The notes under the pieces were generated by a model, which had not been told where the DNA came from, ran no database searches, and worked only from the letters and a program-made list of their open reading frames with translations. A stretch of 64,000 nucleotides of DNA from a phage: the sequence record PX393110.1; one strand, 5' to 3'. Made by a program: the position numbers and the translations under genes. Positions 38,074 to 48,968 of this stretch are shown one piece after another. Every line of letters begins with the position of its first letter. Positions within the stretch are counted from its first letter, which is position 1.

Positions 38074-38733
38074 ATGATAAATATGATAGACCTCATGCGC
38101 AATGGTCAGGATCCTCTGAAGGCCATCCATAAGGGAGTAGTCGTTGATAATAACGATCCTGCCCAAAAGTGTAGAGTAAAGGTTAGGGTTCCTGGGGTAC
38201 TCGATGGCGAGGGTATCCCATGGGCCATGCCTATTGCATCTGCATTCCTGGGGGATGGGGAATCTGACCGTGTGGAAATACCAGAAGTAGGTACCGAGGT
38301 ATCTGTATCGTTCCCCACGGGAGATCAGCATTTCCCATTCTACACTGGGAGATGGCACTCTAAGGAAGTGCCAGAAGAGTTTAAAGAGAATTATCCTAAC
38401 AGGTACGGATTTAAGGATTCTACCGGCACTGTATTCTATATAGATAAAGTGTCTAAGGAAGTTCATTTTAAGCACTGTTCTGGATTTCAGTTCGATATTG
38501 ACCAAGAGGCTAATTGGACTCTCACCACTCCAGGAGGAGGTAAGGTCGATATCGCTAAAGCTCTGGAGATAATCGCCAAAGAGCATATCAAACTGGATAC
38601 TCCTCTTGTCGATGGAACAGGAGAGATCAAGGACAAGGTTCGCAAGATGTCGGAAGATCGCGCTATCTACAACGGTCACGATCATGTTGGCGATAGTGGT
38701 GGTAGCACATCTCCGCCTAACTCTAAACAGTAG
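38074..38733 (+). CDS. Baseplate spike protein (gpV / gp5 OB-fold-like)
   Basis: N-terminal GVVVDNNDPAQKCRVKVRVPGVLDGEGIPWAMP matches the conserved gpV/Mu gp45 spike N-terminus. Confidence 0.55.
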   Translation: MINMIDLMRNGQDPLKAIHKGVVVDNNDPAQKCRVKVRVPGVLDGEGIPWAMPIASAFLGDGESDRVEIPEVGTEVSVSFPTGDQHFPFYTGRWHSKEVPEEFKENYPNRYGFKDSTGTVFYIDKVSKEVHFKHCSGFQFDIDQEANWTLTTPGGGKVDIAKALEIIAKEHIKLDTPLVDGTGEIKDKVRKMSEDRAIYNGHDHVGDSGGSTSPPNSKQ

Positions 38734-38737
38734 GTTC

Positions 38738-39109
38738 ATGATGGTTCAGCCAATTTATCGAGATATAGACCAGACTCTTAAGCGTAACTCGCTTAAGGAT
38801 GGTGATGCAGTATTTCAGTCCATAGTTAATGTACTGAAGACTCGCAAAGGTACCAGAATGTTTAATATGGAGTTTGGTTCTAATCTCGAAGATATCATCA
38901 TGGAACCATGCGACGATATAACTGGTCTGCAGGTTTACGCAGAGGTGGTCGACGCTGTTACGAGATGGGAGCCAAGAGCCCTGTTAGACAGAGGTAAAAC
39001 TAAGGTTACTCCTGATCCGGATAATCACATATTCTGGGTAGACTTATGGTTCTCTGTTAAAGGAATCGATGGTCAAGAATTTAACTATGAGGTGGGTCTG
39101 AAACGATGA
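38738..39109 (+). CDS. Baseplate wedge protein (gp25 / gpW-like)
   Basis: 123 aa from the ATG at 38738; KGTRMFNMEFGSNLEDIIMEP resembles the GPW/gp25 core motif; the track start lies inside the upstream gene. Confidence 0.5.
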   Translation: MMVQPIYRDIDQTLKRNSLKDGDAVFQSIVNVLKTRKGTRMFNMEFGSNLEDIIMEPCDDITGLQVYAEVVDAVTRWEPRALLDRGKTKVTPDPDNHIFWVDLWFSVKGIDGQEFNYEVGLKR

Positions 39110-40479
39110 ACATAATTCAAGATTCCTCTCTATCCTTCGACCAGATCAGAACGGATTTAGAGAACTATATTAAGTCTCTGCCAGATTATGAGACTAAGTG
39201 GAAGGACTTCTACGAAGCTGGTGCTGGTGAAACGGTACTTAATACTGGTGCTGGTATTACCGCATTCCTGGCCTATGCTGCCTATATGAACCGCCGAGAT
39301 TCATTACTGGATTTCGGCAACATGACTTCGACCATCGTGTCGATTGGTTCAGCATTAGGTTATGTATATAATCGTAAATCTGCTCCTCTTCTCCAGATTA
39401 CGTTCACATCTACGGAGCAAGTTTACTGGGATAAGGAAGATCCCATCGGTAACTACATGGGCCGCTCCATGGTTCTCACCAGCTCTACCCAAATAGAAGT
39501 CGGTGTGAATACTATTGTAGTTGCTATCGGTGATTGGGTCTCTCAAGAGATAACCATCACAGATGCTAAGGATTTTAAAGGTATCAACGTACCTATCCAG
39601 CCTGATAACAACCTGGTTAACCTGTATATTGATGGAGAGAAGATCTCCTACACTACAGCTGCTGAAGATATGGATTCGGATAATGTCCTAATTCGTTCTT
39701 ACTTCTCGGGAATATTCATTATCTTCGGGAACGGCGCACTGGGCAGGAAGGCTGCTGTTAACCAGGTACTTAAGATAGAGTACGTTGCTCCTGCTGATAA
39801 ATTAGATGGGTTAACTCTGGATCCTACCAAGATTCAGTTATACGTTGAAAATACGAGTAACTCATCTGAAGTTAAATACCCTGGATCAGATCCTGATAGT
39901 CCTGAGAAAATCGTCGCTATTGCTCCTGGTTATTATTCAGCCAAGAGACGTCTGGTTACTCTGGACGATTACGCCTCGATAGGTGCTTCTTATCAGGGTG
40001 TGGTAAGTGCTAACGCTGCTCTTCCGACTACTTCTTGCTGCTCGGTTAACGTCTCGTACCTACGAGCCGACGAATTAACCATGAATGATGCTATGAAGGC
40101 AGATTTCGAGAAGTACATGCTTCAGTACGCCATGTTGGGTTCTAATATAAATGTTATAGACCCTATCAGGATCATGGTCGATGTTAAGATGCGAGTGGTT
40201 ATTGATTCCGGAGCTGATACGGACGCCATTACCAAGAAGATTCGCGAAACCATCAATAAAAAGTGCATGACTAGCGGTGCATTCTTTACGGTTAACGATA
40301 TGACTCTGCCAGAGTCTCTTCGCGTTAGACGTATCTACATTAAGCAGCCTATTCTCGACAGACAGGCTAAGTACAATGAGTACTATAAGCTCCGCAAACT
40401 GGAGATAAGTTATACGGAAGATCGAACTCTGGTAGATTCCGGAGGCACAGATAAGAATGCGGGGTATGAGTATGGCTAA
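39106..40479 (+). CDS. Baseplate wedge protein (gpJ / gp6-like)
   Basis: 457 aa directly after the gp25-like gene with ATGA overlap. Confidence 0.45.
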   Translation: MNIIQDSSLSFDQIRTDLENYIKSLPDYETKWKDFYEAGAGETVLNTGAGITAFLAYAAYMNRRDSLLDFGNMTSTIVSIGSALGYVYNRKSAPLLQITFTSTEQVYWDKEDPIGNYMGRSMVLTSSTQIEVGVNTIVVAIGDWVSQEITITDAKDFKGINVPIQPDNNLVNLYIDGEKISYTTAAEDMDSDNVLIRSYFSGIFIIFGNGALGRKAAVNQVLKIEYVAPADKLDGLTLDPTKIQLYVENTSNSSEVKYPGSDPDSPEKIVAIAPGYYSAKRRLVTLDDYASIGASYQGVVSANAALPTTSCCSVNVSYLRADELTMNDAMKADFEKYMLQYAMLGSNINVIDPIRIMVDVKMRVVIDSGADTDAITKKIRETINKKCMTSGAFFTVNDMTLPESLRVRRIYIKQPILDRQAKYNEYYKLRKLEISYTEDRTLVDSGGTDKNAGYEYG

Positions 40480-41950
40480 GTTCAACACTCTAGATTACTT
40501 CTCTCCTAACCTTAGAGGGAACGAGTTATATAAGTTCTTCTCGCAGGTGCTGGATCATGGTCTAGAGACTGTTGTCTTTCCGGAGATGGATAAAAATACG
40601 GCGATTTATGATCCTAGTAAACCGTCGTATGATCCGATTTACATCCTGGAGCTACTGGGTCAACCAGACTTAGCAGATCTCATAACTACCGAGGTAGACC
40701 AGAACTCAGTATCTGTACTCCTCCCAAGTATCCTAGATAATAAGGGTATGAAGGATGGGGTTGATCTTATCTTTAAACTGATAAATGTAGAGATAGACGA
40801 GATCCTGTATCAGAAGACTCCGGAAGGGTGCTCACTAGCAACCATCCTGCTTCCTAAGAACGTGATCTTGTCTACTCGACAAATTAAGCTAATTGATCGT
40901 CTGTCGCGTAAGGTATTTCCGATATGCGTCAGACTTACCGGTATCGCTAACTGTCTTCCAGATGGTGTTGAGTCTCTCGGAAGCGCCTCGCTGGACACCA
41001 GCTGGTTGTTGGACACATCAATCCTGGATGGTTCGGTAGGTATACGAGTACCTGATATTTCAGATACTCTATGGTTAAGATTCTGTCTCGACATTATGTC
41101 AGAGATGGAAGTACCTCTTGAAGTGCTGATTGATCGCTTCTCGGATCGTCTGATTAACTCTTATCTGACCGTATTCGACAGAAGAACTATCAGATTGGAT
41201 AATGGTCTTATTCTGGACATGGGTACGTACTATGATCTCCAGAATACTGACACTACTCATAGCAGGCTTTATAGCTCATTAGCTGAGTTTAATGTCGATT
41301 TAAGCACCGACTCTAGAACTACCGAGATTGAGTCCTTACTGGACTTATCAGACCTGGTAGCTGGTCTGGAGTTTAAGTCCTCTATGCTGCGTGAGATCTT
41401 CCTATTCTTGGATATCGACCTCTCAGAGTTCGGATTCGGGAATTACATGGATAGGAAGATAGAGCACTTATCCAAGGGGATAGAGCAAGTAAATTACGGC
41501 TATGAGGGTGGTAATTACGCTGATGGTTACGATTTAACTAACTATCAGAGTTTCGAATACGAGAACTTATACGTAATCCAATCTCATCATGATGGCCAAA
41601 CTCAGCGTAGCGGGATGGCTTATTACGGATTGCCGGAAATAGACTGGCTACACTTCGAAGGTATGGACTTCATTAATGGGTCTTACCTGCTGGATGGTAC
41701 TCGCTATCTTCACCAGGAGTTCATTAAAAAGATCAAAGTGTACGATTGGTATACTCATTGGTCTAGCTACCGAGAAGCTATGTTCCTAACCACTCATAAG
41801 ACCGAAAGACTCTTAGAGAAACGGGATGGGACTATTCTCCATGACGGAACTTATAATCGCGGTGAGAAAGTAACTCGTTACGGATTCGAACCTCTGTACA
41901 ACGACGTTATTAGTCACGATGATACTTACTATCGCGATGCCAATCTATAG
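40457..41950 (+). CDS. Baseplate/tail fibre-associated protein (start uncertain among ATGs at 40457, 40466, 40472)
   Basis: 497 aa; position between baseplate genes and fibre genes. Confidence 0.4.
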   Translation: MRGMSMAKFNTLDYFSPNLRGNELYKFFSQVLDHGLETVVFPEMDKNTAIYDPSKPSYDPIYILELLGQPDLADLITTEVDQNSVSVLLPSILDNKGMKDGVDLIFKLINVEIDEILYQKTPEGCSLATILLPKNVILSTRQIKLIDRLSRKVFPICVRLTGIANCLPDGVESLGSASLDTSWLLDTSILDGSVGIRVPDISDTLWLRFCLDIMSEMEVPLEVLIDRFSDRLINSYLTVFDRRTIRLDNGLILDMGTYYDLQNTDTTHSRLYSSLAEFNVDLSTDSRTTEIESLLDLSDLVAGLEFKSSMLREIFLFLDIDLSEFGFGNYMDRKIEHLSKGIEQVNYGYEGGNYADGYDLTNYQSFEYENLYVIQSHHDGQTQRSGMAYYGLPEIDWLHFEGMDFINGSYLLDGTRYLHQEFIKKIKVYDWYTHWSSYREAMFLTTHKTERLLEKRDGTILHDGTYNRGEKVTRYGFEPLYNDVISHDDTYYRDANL

Positions 41951-41958
41951 GTGATTAG

Positions 41959-42726
41959 ATGAGCAATTATACTGGGGCATTTAACTTCCCTGCTCAGGTG
42001 TACCAATTTGAAGAGAGTGATGTGGTTAAAGGTGGTCCGGACGGCGTTGATAACGTGCCTCTTACCCAGCTTTCCGACCGTACGTTTTATCTTAAGGCTC
42101 TTGCAGATTTCACATTCCTTAAGCTGTTCAATCTGAACCCTCTCGGATCATTCAAAGAAGGATTCCAGATTAACGTGGCTGGGTATGCAGTCTTCGACGA
42201 GGCCTCCGGTAAGTGGTTTAAGTGGACAGGATCTCTGCCTAAAGTGGTGGTTAAGTCTTCTAAGCCCGAAACTACTGGCGGTATCTATGATCCGGTCACT
42301 AATCCGAGCGGTAAGTGGGTGGCTATTGACTTCAGTGTTCTAGACCTTGGCGCTGGGGTTAAGATCCCTACAGCAGCTGCTCTTGGTAATCTGTATAGCG
42401 GTAAGTACAATCCTGCCTTCGTTAAGATTGAGAATGTCTCCAATCTGGACATAGCAGAAGCTACATATACCCGACTCGGGAATGTAGTTACTGTTAATGG
42501 CAAGATCACTGCTTCTGCTACTGATGCTGGAGAAGTAATGAAAATCGGAATTGGCTTACCTATTAACTCTACCTTCTCAGATGACTCAAGTCTCTCAGGA
42601 GTTGGTGTTGGTGTAGTAGCTGGTCAGATTTATGCCGATGTGGACAGTAGCGTGGCTGTTCTTGAGATTAATCAGGGTAGTACAGACGAGCTGTCTCTGA
42701 GATACACGTTCTCTTACACTGTATAA
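41959..42726 (+). CDS. Tail fibre protein carrying the shared N-terminal module
   Basis: N-terminal segment (GGPDGVDNVPLTQLSDRTFYL...SGKWFKWTGSLPKVVVKSSKPETTGGIYDP) is shared with the 42739 protein. Confidence 0.55.
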   Translation: MSNYTGAFNFPAQVYQFEESDVVKGGPDGVDNVPLTQLSDRTFYLKALADFTFLKLFNLNPLGSFKEGFQINVAGYAVFDEASGKWFKWTGSLPKVVVKSSKPETTGGIYDPVTNPSGKWVAIDFSVLDLGAGVKIPTAAALGNLYSGKYNPAFVKIENVSNLDIAEATYTRLGNVVTVNGKITASATDAGEVMKIGIGLPINSTFSDDSSLSGVGVGVVAGQIYADVDSSVAVLEINQGSTDELSLRYTFSYTV

Positions 42727-42738
42727 TAGGATATCGAA

Positions 42739-45648
42739 ATGGGTGCTTATCAGGGTAAAAATCAGTACGTAGAGGACATCTATACCTTCGAACGTACTGA
42801 CAAAGTGTCGGGTGGAGATGACGGTATTGATAACGTACCCATTAAGAATCTCACCGACAGAACTACATATCTCCGTAGTTTAGCATTGAATTCATTCCTG
42901 GATATCTATGGGGTTAATCCTGTAGGTACTTTCGGAATAGGGTTTGATCTTCAGGAATCTGGGGACGGAGTGTACGATGAGGTATCTGGCAAATGGTATT
43001 ACTGGCTGGGCTCCTTCCCCAAATCTGTTGCCGAGAACTCATCTCCGGAAGATACTGGAGGTATTTTCGACCCAGAAAGTAATCCTGATGGGTTATGGAC
43101 TGAGGTAATTCCGGTAAACCAGCGTCAGGTGGACATGATAGCTCGGGCATTCAGAGTTAAGACAGAGGAAGTCCAGTTCATGAAAGTAGGTCGTCCTCTC
43201 GACGGCTTTCGTGTACTGTATGACTTAACTTCTCAGGAAGCCTATCGTTTGCCGATGGATATTCCAGAAGGATCAACTGTCGTCAGTCTAACAGCTGGTG
43301 GATGGCTCGTACACAGCAATGGTGGGGTGGACTTATCTGCCTATGCTGTTGAATTAGAAGAGTACAAGCACTTTACTGGGGGAGACTTCAGTACTGGCTT
43401 TACTCTACGTCAGAACCACTGCGTAGTTATGTATGACGGTGTTATGTATCGCTGGGATGGGGATTTTCCTAAAACAGTAAATGACAACAGTACTCCCGAA
43501 GAAGATGGTATCGGTGAAGGTAAATGGGTGGCGGTGGGTCCAAATTCCAAATTGCTTTATAACATTACCTGGGATGGATCATATCCAGATCAACCAGTTA
43601 TGGACGACCGCACCCAGAGATTAAATCTACCACTACCGGTTCAAACTAATAAACTGGTGGATGACGTTGTACGTCTGCGCGAGACCATTTCAACTCTGGA
43701 CGAGAAGGTGGCTACCGTTGGAAACGATGGTAAGATCCCGGTCGAGCAGATCCCAGCAGTAGCTATAACTGAAACATTTCCTGTCTCGAGCCAGGATGAG
43801 ATGTTGGCTCTCAATGCCCAGAAGGGAGACATTGCCATCCGTGACGACAATAGCCTGAGCTACATTCTGATGAATGAGCCAGCTTCCACGTTGGAAAACT
43901 GGAAGAAGTTCAAGAATGACGCTCTGGTGCAGTTAGGTAAGAACGGCGGTGTGAATCTGGTTAGTGGAGCTATCCATGCAGCCACGGATCAGGATTCACT
44001 TACTTTCGAGAACATAACAATTTCCGGTGAAGTATATAGTCACGACCCTAGCATATCTGGATTGGTTGAAGGATTCTCTGTCTATAACGGTAATTTATAT
44101 CTCACTCGCAATCAGATATCTTACAAGCTGTTGTCCAAAAGAAATAAGTTGCGCTGGCCTGGTCTGTACCTCTCTGGTGTAACTGATATGAAATCTTCGA
44201 TTGAGGCCATTATGAGCCATGGCCTCCACGTTGATCTTGATGGGAATGCTATCAGCGTATCTACCTTAAATATCACCAAAAATCTTTATAATGGTGAAAT
44301 CATTGCTACTGGAGATACCGGCTCGTTCATTACTGTGAACTCGTGCAAGCTGCTTAGAACCAGGATCAACTGTAACAATAAGGCTATACGCCGTGCTGTG
44401 CATCTGAAAACTGGTTCAATCCGTCCTACTTTGAAAAACACTGAGATTTTTGACAGTTCCGGAGCTACTAATGCAAATGGTGTCTTTATTGACGCGAATA
44501 ACATCACCGATTTCCTAGTAGAGGGCGTGTATGTCCATAATCTCACCTCTGTAGCTAATGGATCACAGGGAGATGCAGATGGTCCGTGCCGTGGGATTAT
44601 CGTTGGCACGGCTCTTGACCCAGCGCCATCTGAGGCCACGGTATCTAGCGGAGAAATTAATAATGTACGTATCCGCGACTTGGCACCTTTCGAGGACTGC
44701 GATGGTGTTGTGGTTCAGATTTACGATGCCTCGTCTGTAATGCTTAGAGCATCTAAAATCCGCGTCAAAAACGTTGATACTCACAATGTCAGGAAGAGAG
44801 CCGTCAAGATTCAGGCGAACGATGTCACCGTGAGCAACGTCTATGCTTATTGCGATACAACCGATACAGCAATGTATTCAATCGTCAGTCTATATGGTGA
44901 TAATGGGTATGCTGAGAATGTCACCGGACGAGGACGCATCAGTAATGGCATAGATTGCGCTTACGGCTTCAACAGAGTTAGCACACTTCACCTTAAAACC
45001 GAACGCACGGGTGCCGATACCCTTGCTGGGATTGGAGCAGGGTTGCTTATCAACTCCGGGCAAGTGGAAGCCAGTGGTATCTATTCCGAAGGTGCGGAAT
45101 ATGTTCTTGCTATCAGGGATGCCCTTGGCGTGACACCTTACGTCAAAGTCTCTGGTCTTCGCGGGCAGGGTTACAGCGGAGTGGCTCGTTTCCAGATACG
45201 AGCCGGAAACTCTATCGGCAGCGTTTACATTGACGACGTTTCGGCAAATTCCTCGGCAACAAATAAATCGGCGATATCCGTAGACATAACGTCCAATGGA
45301 ATAGGACTGGTAAATATCTCGGACGTGAAACGACTAAGTCAGCCATTCACCGGAGCAGACATTAATATGTCTGGGGCTGTCACGGAGGCAATTTTCCGCG
45401 ATTGTATTCTAAATTCTGGAAGCTCTACTGTTGGTATTTCCATGGCAACAGGAAAACTGACTGTTGAGAATATCAGTGCCCCTAGTAAGACGTATGCAGT
45501 TCAAGCTGTTCAGACGAGTAATTCATGGCTGAATAATATCGACGGAATAGTGCGTCTTGAGAATACGGCGAACACCAGACTTGGCCTCTATCGCGGAGTT
45601 TCTTCAGCTGGCACAAACACTGGTCTTCTCACGTTGAATTATGCGTAA
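42739..45648 (+). CDS. Tailspike protein (969 aa) with shared N-terminal module and beta-helix-like C-terminal region
   Basis: N-terminus GGDDGIDNVPIKNLTDRTTYL...SGKWYYWLGSFPKSVAENSSPEDTGGIFDP; long repetitive region consistent with a depolymerase-type spike. Confidence 0.55.
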   Translation: MGAYQGKNQYVEDIYTFERTDKVSGGDDGIDNVPIKNLTDRTTYLRSLALNSFLDIYGVNPVGTFGIGFDLQESGDGVYDEVSGKWYYWLGSFPKSVAENSSPEDTGGIFDPESNPDGLWTEVIPVNQRQVDMIARAFRVKTEEVQFMKVGRPLDGFRVLYDLTSQEAYRLPMDIPEGSTVVSLTAGGWLVHSNGGVDLSAYAVELEEYKHFTGGDFSTGFTLRQNHCVVMYDGVMYRWDGDFPKTVNDNSTPEEDGIGEGKWVAVGPNSKLLYNITWDGSYPDQPVMDDRTQRLNLPLPVQTNKLVDDVVRLRETISTLDEKVATVGNDGKIPVEQIPAVAITETFPVSSQDEMLALNAQKGDIAIRDDNSLSYILMNEPASTLENWKKFKNDALVQLGKNGGVNLVSGAIHAATDQDSLTFENITISGEVYSHDPSISGLVEGFSVYNGNLYLTRNQISYKLLSKRNKLRWPGLYLSGVTDMKSSIEAIMSHGLHVDLDGNAISVSTLNITKNLYNGEIIATGDTGSFITVNSCKLLRTRINCNNKAIRRAVHLKTGSIRPTLKNTEIFDSSGATNANGVFIDANNITDFLVEGVYVHNLTSVANGSQGDADGPCRGIIVGTALDPAPSEATVSSGEINNVRIRDLAPFEDCDGVVVQIYDASSVMLRASKIRVKNVDTHNVRKRAVKIQANDVTVSNVYAYCDTTDTAMYSIVSLYGDNGYAENVTGRGRISNGIDCAYGFNRVSTLHLKTERTGADTLAGIGAGLLINSGQVEASGIYSEGAEYVLAIRDALGVTPYVKVSGLRGQGYSGVARFQIRAGNSIGSVYIDDVSANSSATNKSAISVDITSNGIGLVNISDVKRLSQPFTGADINMSGAVTEAIFRDCILNSGSSTVGISMATGKLTVENISAPSKTYAVQAVQTSNSWLNNIDGIVRLENTANTRLGLYRGVSSAGTNTGLLTLNYA

Positions 45649-45653
45649 CAGTG

Positions 45654-45673
45654 CCCCCGCTGCTTGGCGGGGT
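45654..45673 (+). terminator. Possible terminator or structural hairpin after the tailspike gene
   Basis: CCCGC-TGCTTG-GCGGG hairpin immediately after the stop; no clear U-run. Confidence 0.3.
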
Positions 45674-45863
45674 CCCACCAACCGGAGGTCAACTACACTT
45701 ATGAATAAGGTATCCATAAAGTTTAGTAGCCTGATTTATGGCAGGTTCACGCTATCTACAAAAAGTGAAAATCATAGTCATAATGTAGGTGATTATGATT
45801 TTAACCAAGAGGAACTTACTCTCTGGTTTGGGAATTAGTATATAATATATTATAGGTGAATAA

Positions 45864-48848
45864 ATGTCTTATAATCCGATCTTAGAAGGATCAACCTGGC
45901 CGGAGACTATTCGTCGCTTAGAAAAGACGGATAGGGCGGAAGGTGGGCCACTAGTTACTAATTCTGAGGATGAACCAGTATCTGGACATATTAATCATCC
46001 AATAACTCAGTTAGCTACCAGAACTTCCATTTTAAAAAAGTATAATTTATCGATAATTAATAACACTAAAGAACAGTGGAAATTATTACTCGGTGACTTA
46101 GGACTAACTCTTGTTGGTACTTTTGAAGAAGGCGCTACTACTAACAGCAAGACTGATGCTGTTTGGCATATTGCTGGTGGTCAGTGTTACGTGTGGGGTG
46201 GTTTACTCCCTAAGACTGTATATGCTAACTCCACACCGCTAACTACTGGTGGTATCTCTGCTGATGCTTGGGTTAGTATTGGTGATGCCGCACTGCGAGG
46301 GCAAATATCAGACCCGGACGGTGCGACAAAATACCCTGAATTGCAGATTGCTAGATGGCGTGACACTTTTGACCCTCGCGGTTGGGGAGCTAAAGGTGAT
46401 GGATTAGTTGATGATACTGTGGCTCTTAATAATCTGTTAAACGCTGCGCCAGTGGGTCAGAAAATTAATGGTAACGGTAGAACCTATAAAGTATCTGTGC
46501 TTCCAGATATTAGCCGATTCGTCAACACTCGTTTCGTTTATGAGCGTATTCCTGGCCAGACGCTTTATTATGTGTCTGACGAGTTTGTTCAGGGTGAGTT
46601 AATTAAAATAACCGACACGCCTTATTACAATGCCTGGCCGCAGGATAAAGCGTTCGTTTACGACGATGTTATTTACTGTCCGTTCATGGCTAGCGATCGG
46701 CACGGGGTTAGCAGGCTGCATGTATCCTGGGTTCGCTCAGGTGATGACGGACAGACCTGGACGACCCCGGAGTGGCTAACCGACCTGCACCCTAATTACC
46801 CGACAGTTAACTATCACTGTATGAGTATGGGTGTGATGCGCAACCGCCTATTTGCGATGATTGAAACCCGTACATTGGCATCTAACGCACTGGTGACTTG
46901 CGAGTTATGGGATCGGCCCATGTCCCGTAACTACCATCCGACAGGTGGCATCACAAAAGCCGCCAACCAGCCTGTGGCTGTAATTACCATCCCTGAACAC
47001 GGTCTTTTTGCTGGGGATTTTGTTAACTTCTCAAACTCTGGGGTGACTGGCGTTTCAGGGAATATGACTGTAACTTCAGTTATTGACCGCAACACGTTTA
47101 CAGTTACCACGCCAAATCAACAAGCATTCGACCAAAATAACTCTACCAGCCGCTGGCATATGGGGACATCGTTCCATCAGTCACCATGGCGTAAAACCAG
47201 CCTTGGATTGATCCCCATGGTTACCGAGGTTCACAGTTTTACCGCCATCAATAACGATTCATTCATGATGGGATATCACCAGGGTGATGTTGCTCCGCGT
47301 GAAGTCGGTATGTTGTATTTTCCGGATGCGTTCAACAATCCTGGGCTTTATCAGAAACGGCATATTCCTGCTGAATATGAGCCAGATGCGGCAGAACCCT
47401 GCGTTAAGTATTTTGACGGTGTTCTTTATGTTGTAACCCGTGGAACCAGGTCTGATCGTCTTGGTAGTTCTCTGCATCGCAGTAGCGACCTGGGGATTAC
47501 CTGGCAATCACTGAGGTTTCCGAATAACGTCCACCACTCTACCCTGCCATTCGCTAAGGTAGGAAACGAACTGATTCTTTTCGGCACCGAACGCGCCGAC
47601 AACGAGTGGGAAGCAAACGCACCGGATCAACGATATTTCAGTTCTTACCCACGGACGTTCTACACGAGAGTGAACCTCGACACCTGGAACCTGAATAATA
47701 CTCAGTGGGTAAATATCACTGATCAGATTTATCAGGGTGGTATTGTTAACTCTGGCGTCGGTGTCGGATCGGTCGTCGTGAAAGATAGTTATATCTATTA
47801 CATGTTCGGTGGGGAAGACCATCTGAACCCATGGACATATGGAGATAACTTAGAGAAAGACCCATTCAAATCAGACGGTCATCCCTCAGATTTGTATTGT
47901 TACAAAATGCAGATCGGTCCAGACAATCGTGTTTCTCGTGATTTCAGGTACGGTGCTGTACCTGACAGAGCGGTTCCAGTGTTTTTTGATACGAATGGAA
48001 TTCGCACTGTTCCTGCGCCTATGGAGTTCACCGGTGATTTAGGGTTAGGTCATGTGACCATTAGAGCCAGCACCAGTAATAACGTTCGCTCTGAAGTTTT
48101 AATGGAAGGTGAGTATGGGTTTATTGGGAAATCTGTACCTACTAATAACCCAGCAGGACAGCGCACCATATTTTGCGGTGGCGAAGGAACCAGTTCTTCT
48201 ACTGGTGCACAGATTACGCTTTATGGTGCTAATAACACAGCTTCTCGCAGGATAGTTTACAACGGAGCTGAGCATCTGTTCCAGACTGCTGACGTTAAGC
48301 CTTATAACGATAACGCGATTGCGCTCGGTGGGCCTAGCAACCGATTCACTACTGCATACCTCGGAAGCAACCCTATTGTTACTTCTAACGGGGAGAAGAA
48401 AACAGAGCCGGTATTTTTTGACGATGCTTTTTTAGATGCTTGGGGCGACGTTCATTACATCATGTACCAGTGGTTGGATTCTGTACACTTGAAAGGAAAT
48501 GACGCTAGAATTCATTTTGGCGTAATTGCTCAGCAGATCCGCGATGTATTCATTGCTCACGGTCTGATGGATGAGAATAGCACGGATTGCCGCTATGCCG
48601 TTCTGTGTTACGACAAATATCCTCGCATGACAGACATGGTGTTCTCTCACAATGAAATCGTTGAACACACTGACGAGGAGGGTAATGTAACTACCACGGA
48701 AGAACCTGTATACACCGAGGTGGTTATTCACGAAGAGGGTGAGGAGTGGGGTGTGCGGCCTGATGGAATTTTCTTTGCTGAGGCAGCATTCCAGAGAAGA
48801 AGACTGGAGAGAATCGAAGCCAGACTTTCCGATCTTGAAAAGAAATAG
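45864..48848 (+). CDS. Endosialidase-like tailspike with C-terminal intramolecular chaperone domain
   Basis: 994 aa; N-terminal W-G-P-K module variant (GQCYVWGGLLPKTVYANSTPLTTGG); two Asp-box (BNR) repeats SGDDGQTW and SSDLGITW; C-terminal DDAFLDAWGDVHYIMYQW...IHFGVIAQQIRDVFIAHGL typical of peptidase S74-type chaperone domains. Confidence 0.65.
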   Translation: MSYNPILEGSTWPETIRRLEKTDRAEGGPLVTNSEDEPVSGHINHPITQLATRTSILKKYNLSIINNTKEQWKLLLGDLGLTLVGTFEEGATTNSKTDAVWHIAGGQCYVWGGLLPKTVYANSTPLTTGGISADAWVSIGDAALRGQISDPDGATKYPELQIARWRDTFDPRGWGAKGDGLVDDTVALNNLLNAAPVGQKINGNGRTYKVSVLPDISRFVNTRFVYERIPGQTLYYVSDEFVQGELIKITDTPYYNAWPQDKAFVYDDVIYCPFMASDRHGVSRLHVSWVRSGDDGQTWTTPEWLTDLHPNYPTVNYHCMSMGVMRNRLFAMIETRTLASNALVTCELWDRPMSRNYHPTGGITKAANQPVAVITIPEHGLFAGDFVNFSNSGVTGVSGNMTVTSVIDRNTFTVTTPNQQAFDQNNSTSRWHMGTSFHQSPWRKTSLGLIPMVTEVHSFTAINNDSFMMGYHQGDVAPREVGMLYFPDAFNNPGLYQKRHIPAEYEPDAAEPCVKYFDGVLYVVTRGTRSDRLGSSLHRSSDLGITWQSLRFPNNVHHSTLPFAKVGNELILFGTERADNEWEANAPDQRYFSSYPRTFYTRVNLDTWNLNNTQWVNITDQIYQGGIVNSGVGVGSVVVKDSYIYYMFGGEDHLNPWTYGDNLEKDPFKSDGHPSDLYCYKMQIGPDNRVSRDFRYGAVPDRAVPVFFDTNGIRTVPAPMEFTGDLGLGHVTIRASTSNNVRSEVLMEGEYGFIGKSVPTNNPAGQRTIFCGGEGTSSSTGAQITLYGANNTASRRIVYNGAEHLFQTADVKPYNDNAIALGGPSNRFTTAYLGSNPIVTSNGEKKTEPVFFDDAFLDAWGDVHYIMYQWLDSVHLKGNDARIHFGVIAQQIRDVFIAHGLMDENSTDCRYAVLCYDKYPRMTDMVFSHNEIVEHTDEEGNVTTTEEPVYTEVVIHEEGEEWGVRPDGIFFAEAAFQRRRLERIEARLSDLEKK

Positions 48849-48968
48849 TAAATAAAGCTTTTTTACCGTAGGTAGGGGGGCTTCAATTTAAGATTTAACT
48901 TAAACCAATTACCACTCTAAAGTTACTAAGTATTTGTACATCATGTAATATTTTTATGGAGATCACCA

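Noticed and set aside
45641-45838. 65-aa ORF in the intergenic region upstream of the endosialidase-like gene
   Set aside because: The listed start overlaps the upstream gene and the terminator-like hairpin; an internal ATG at 45701 with GGAGG 14 nt upstream could give a 45-aa peptide, but support is too weak to annotate.
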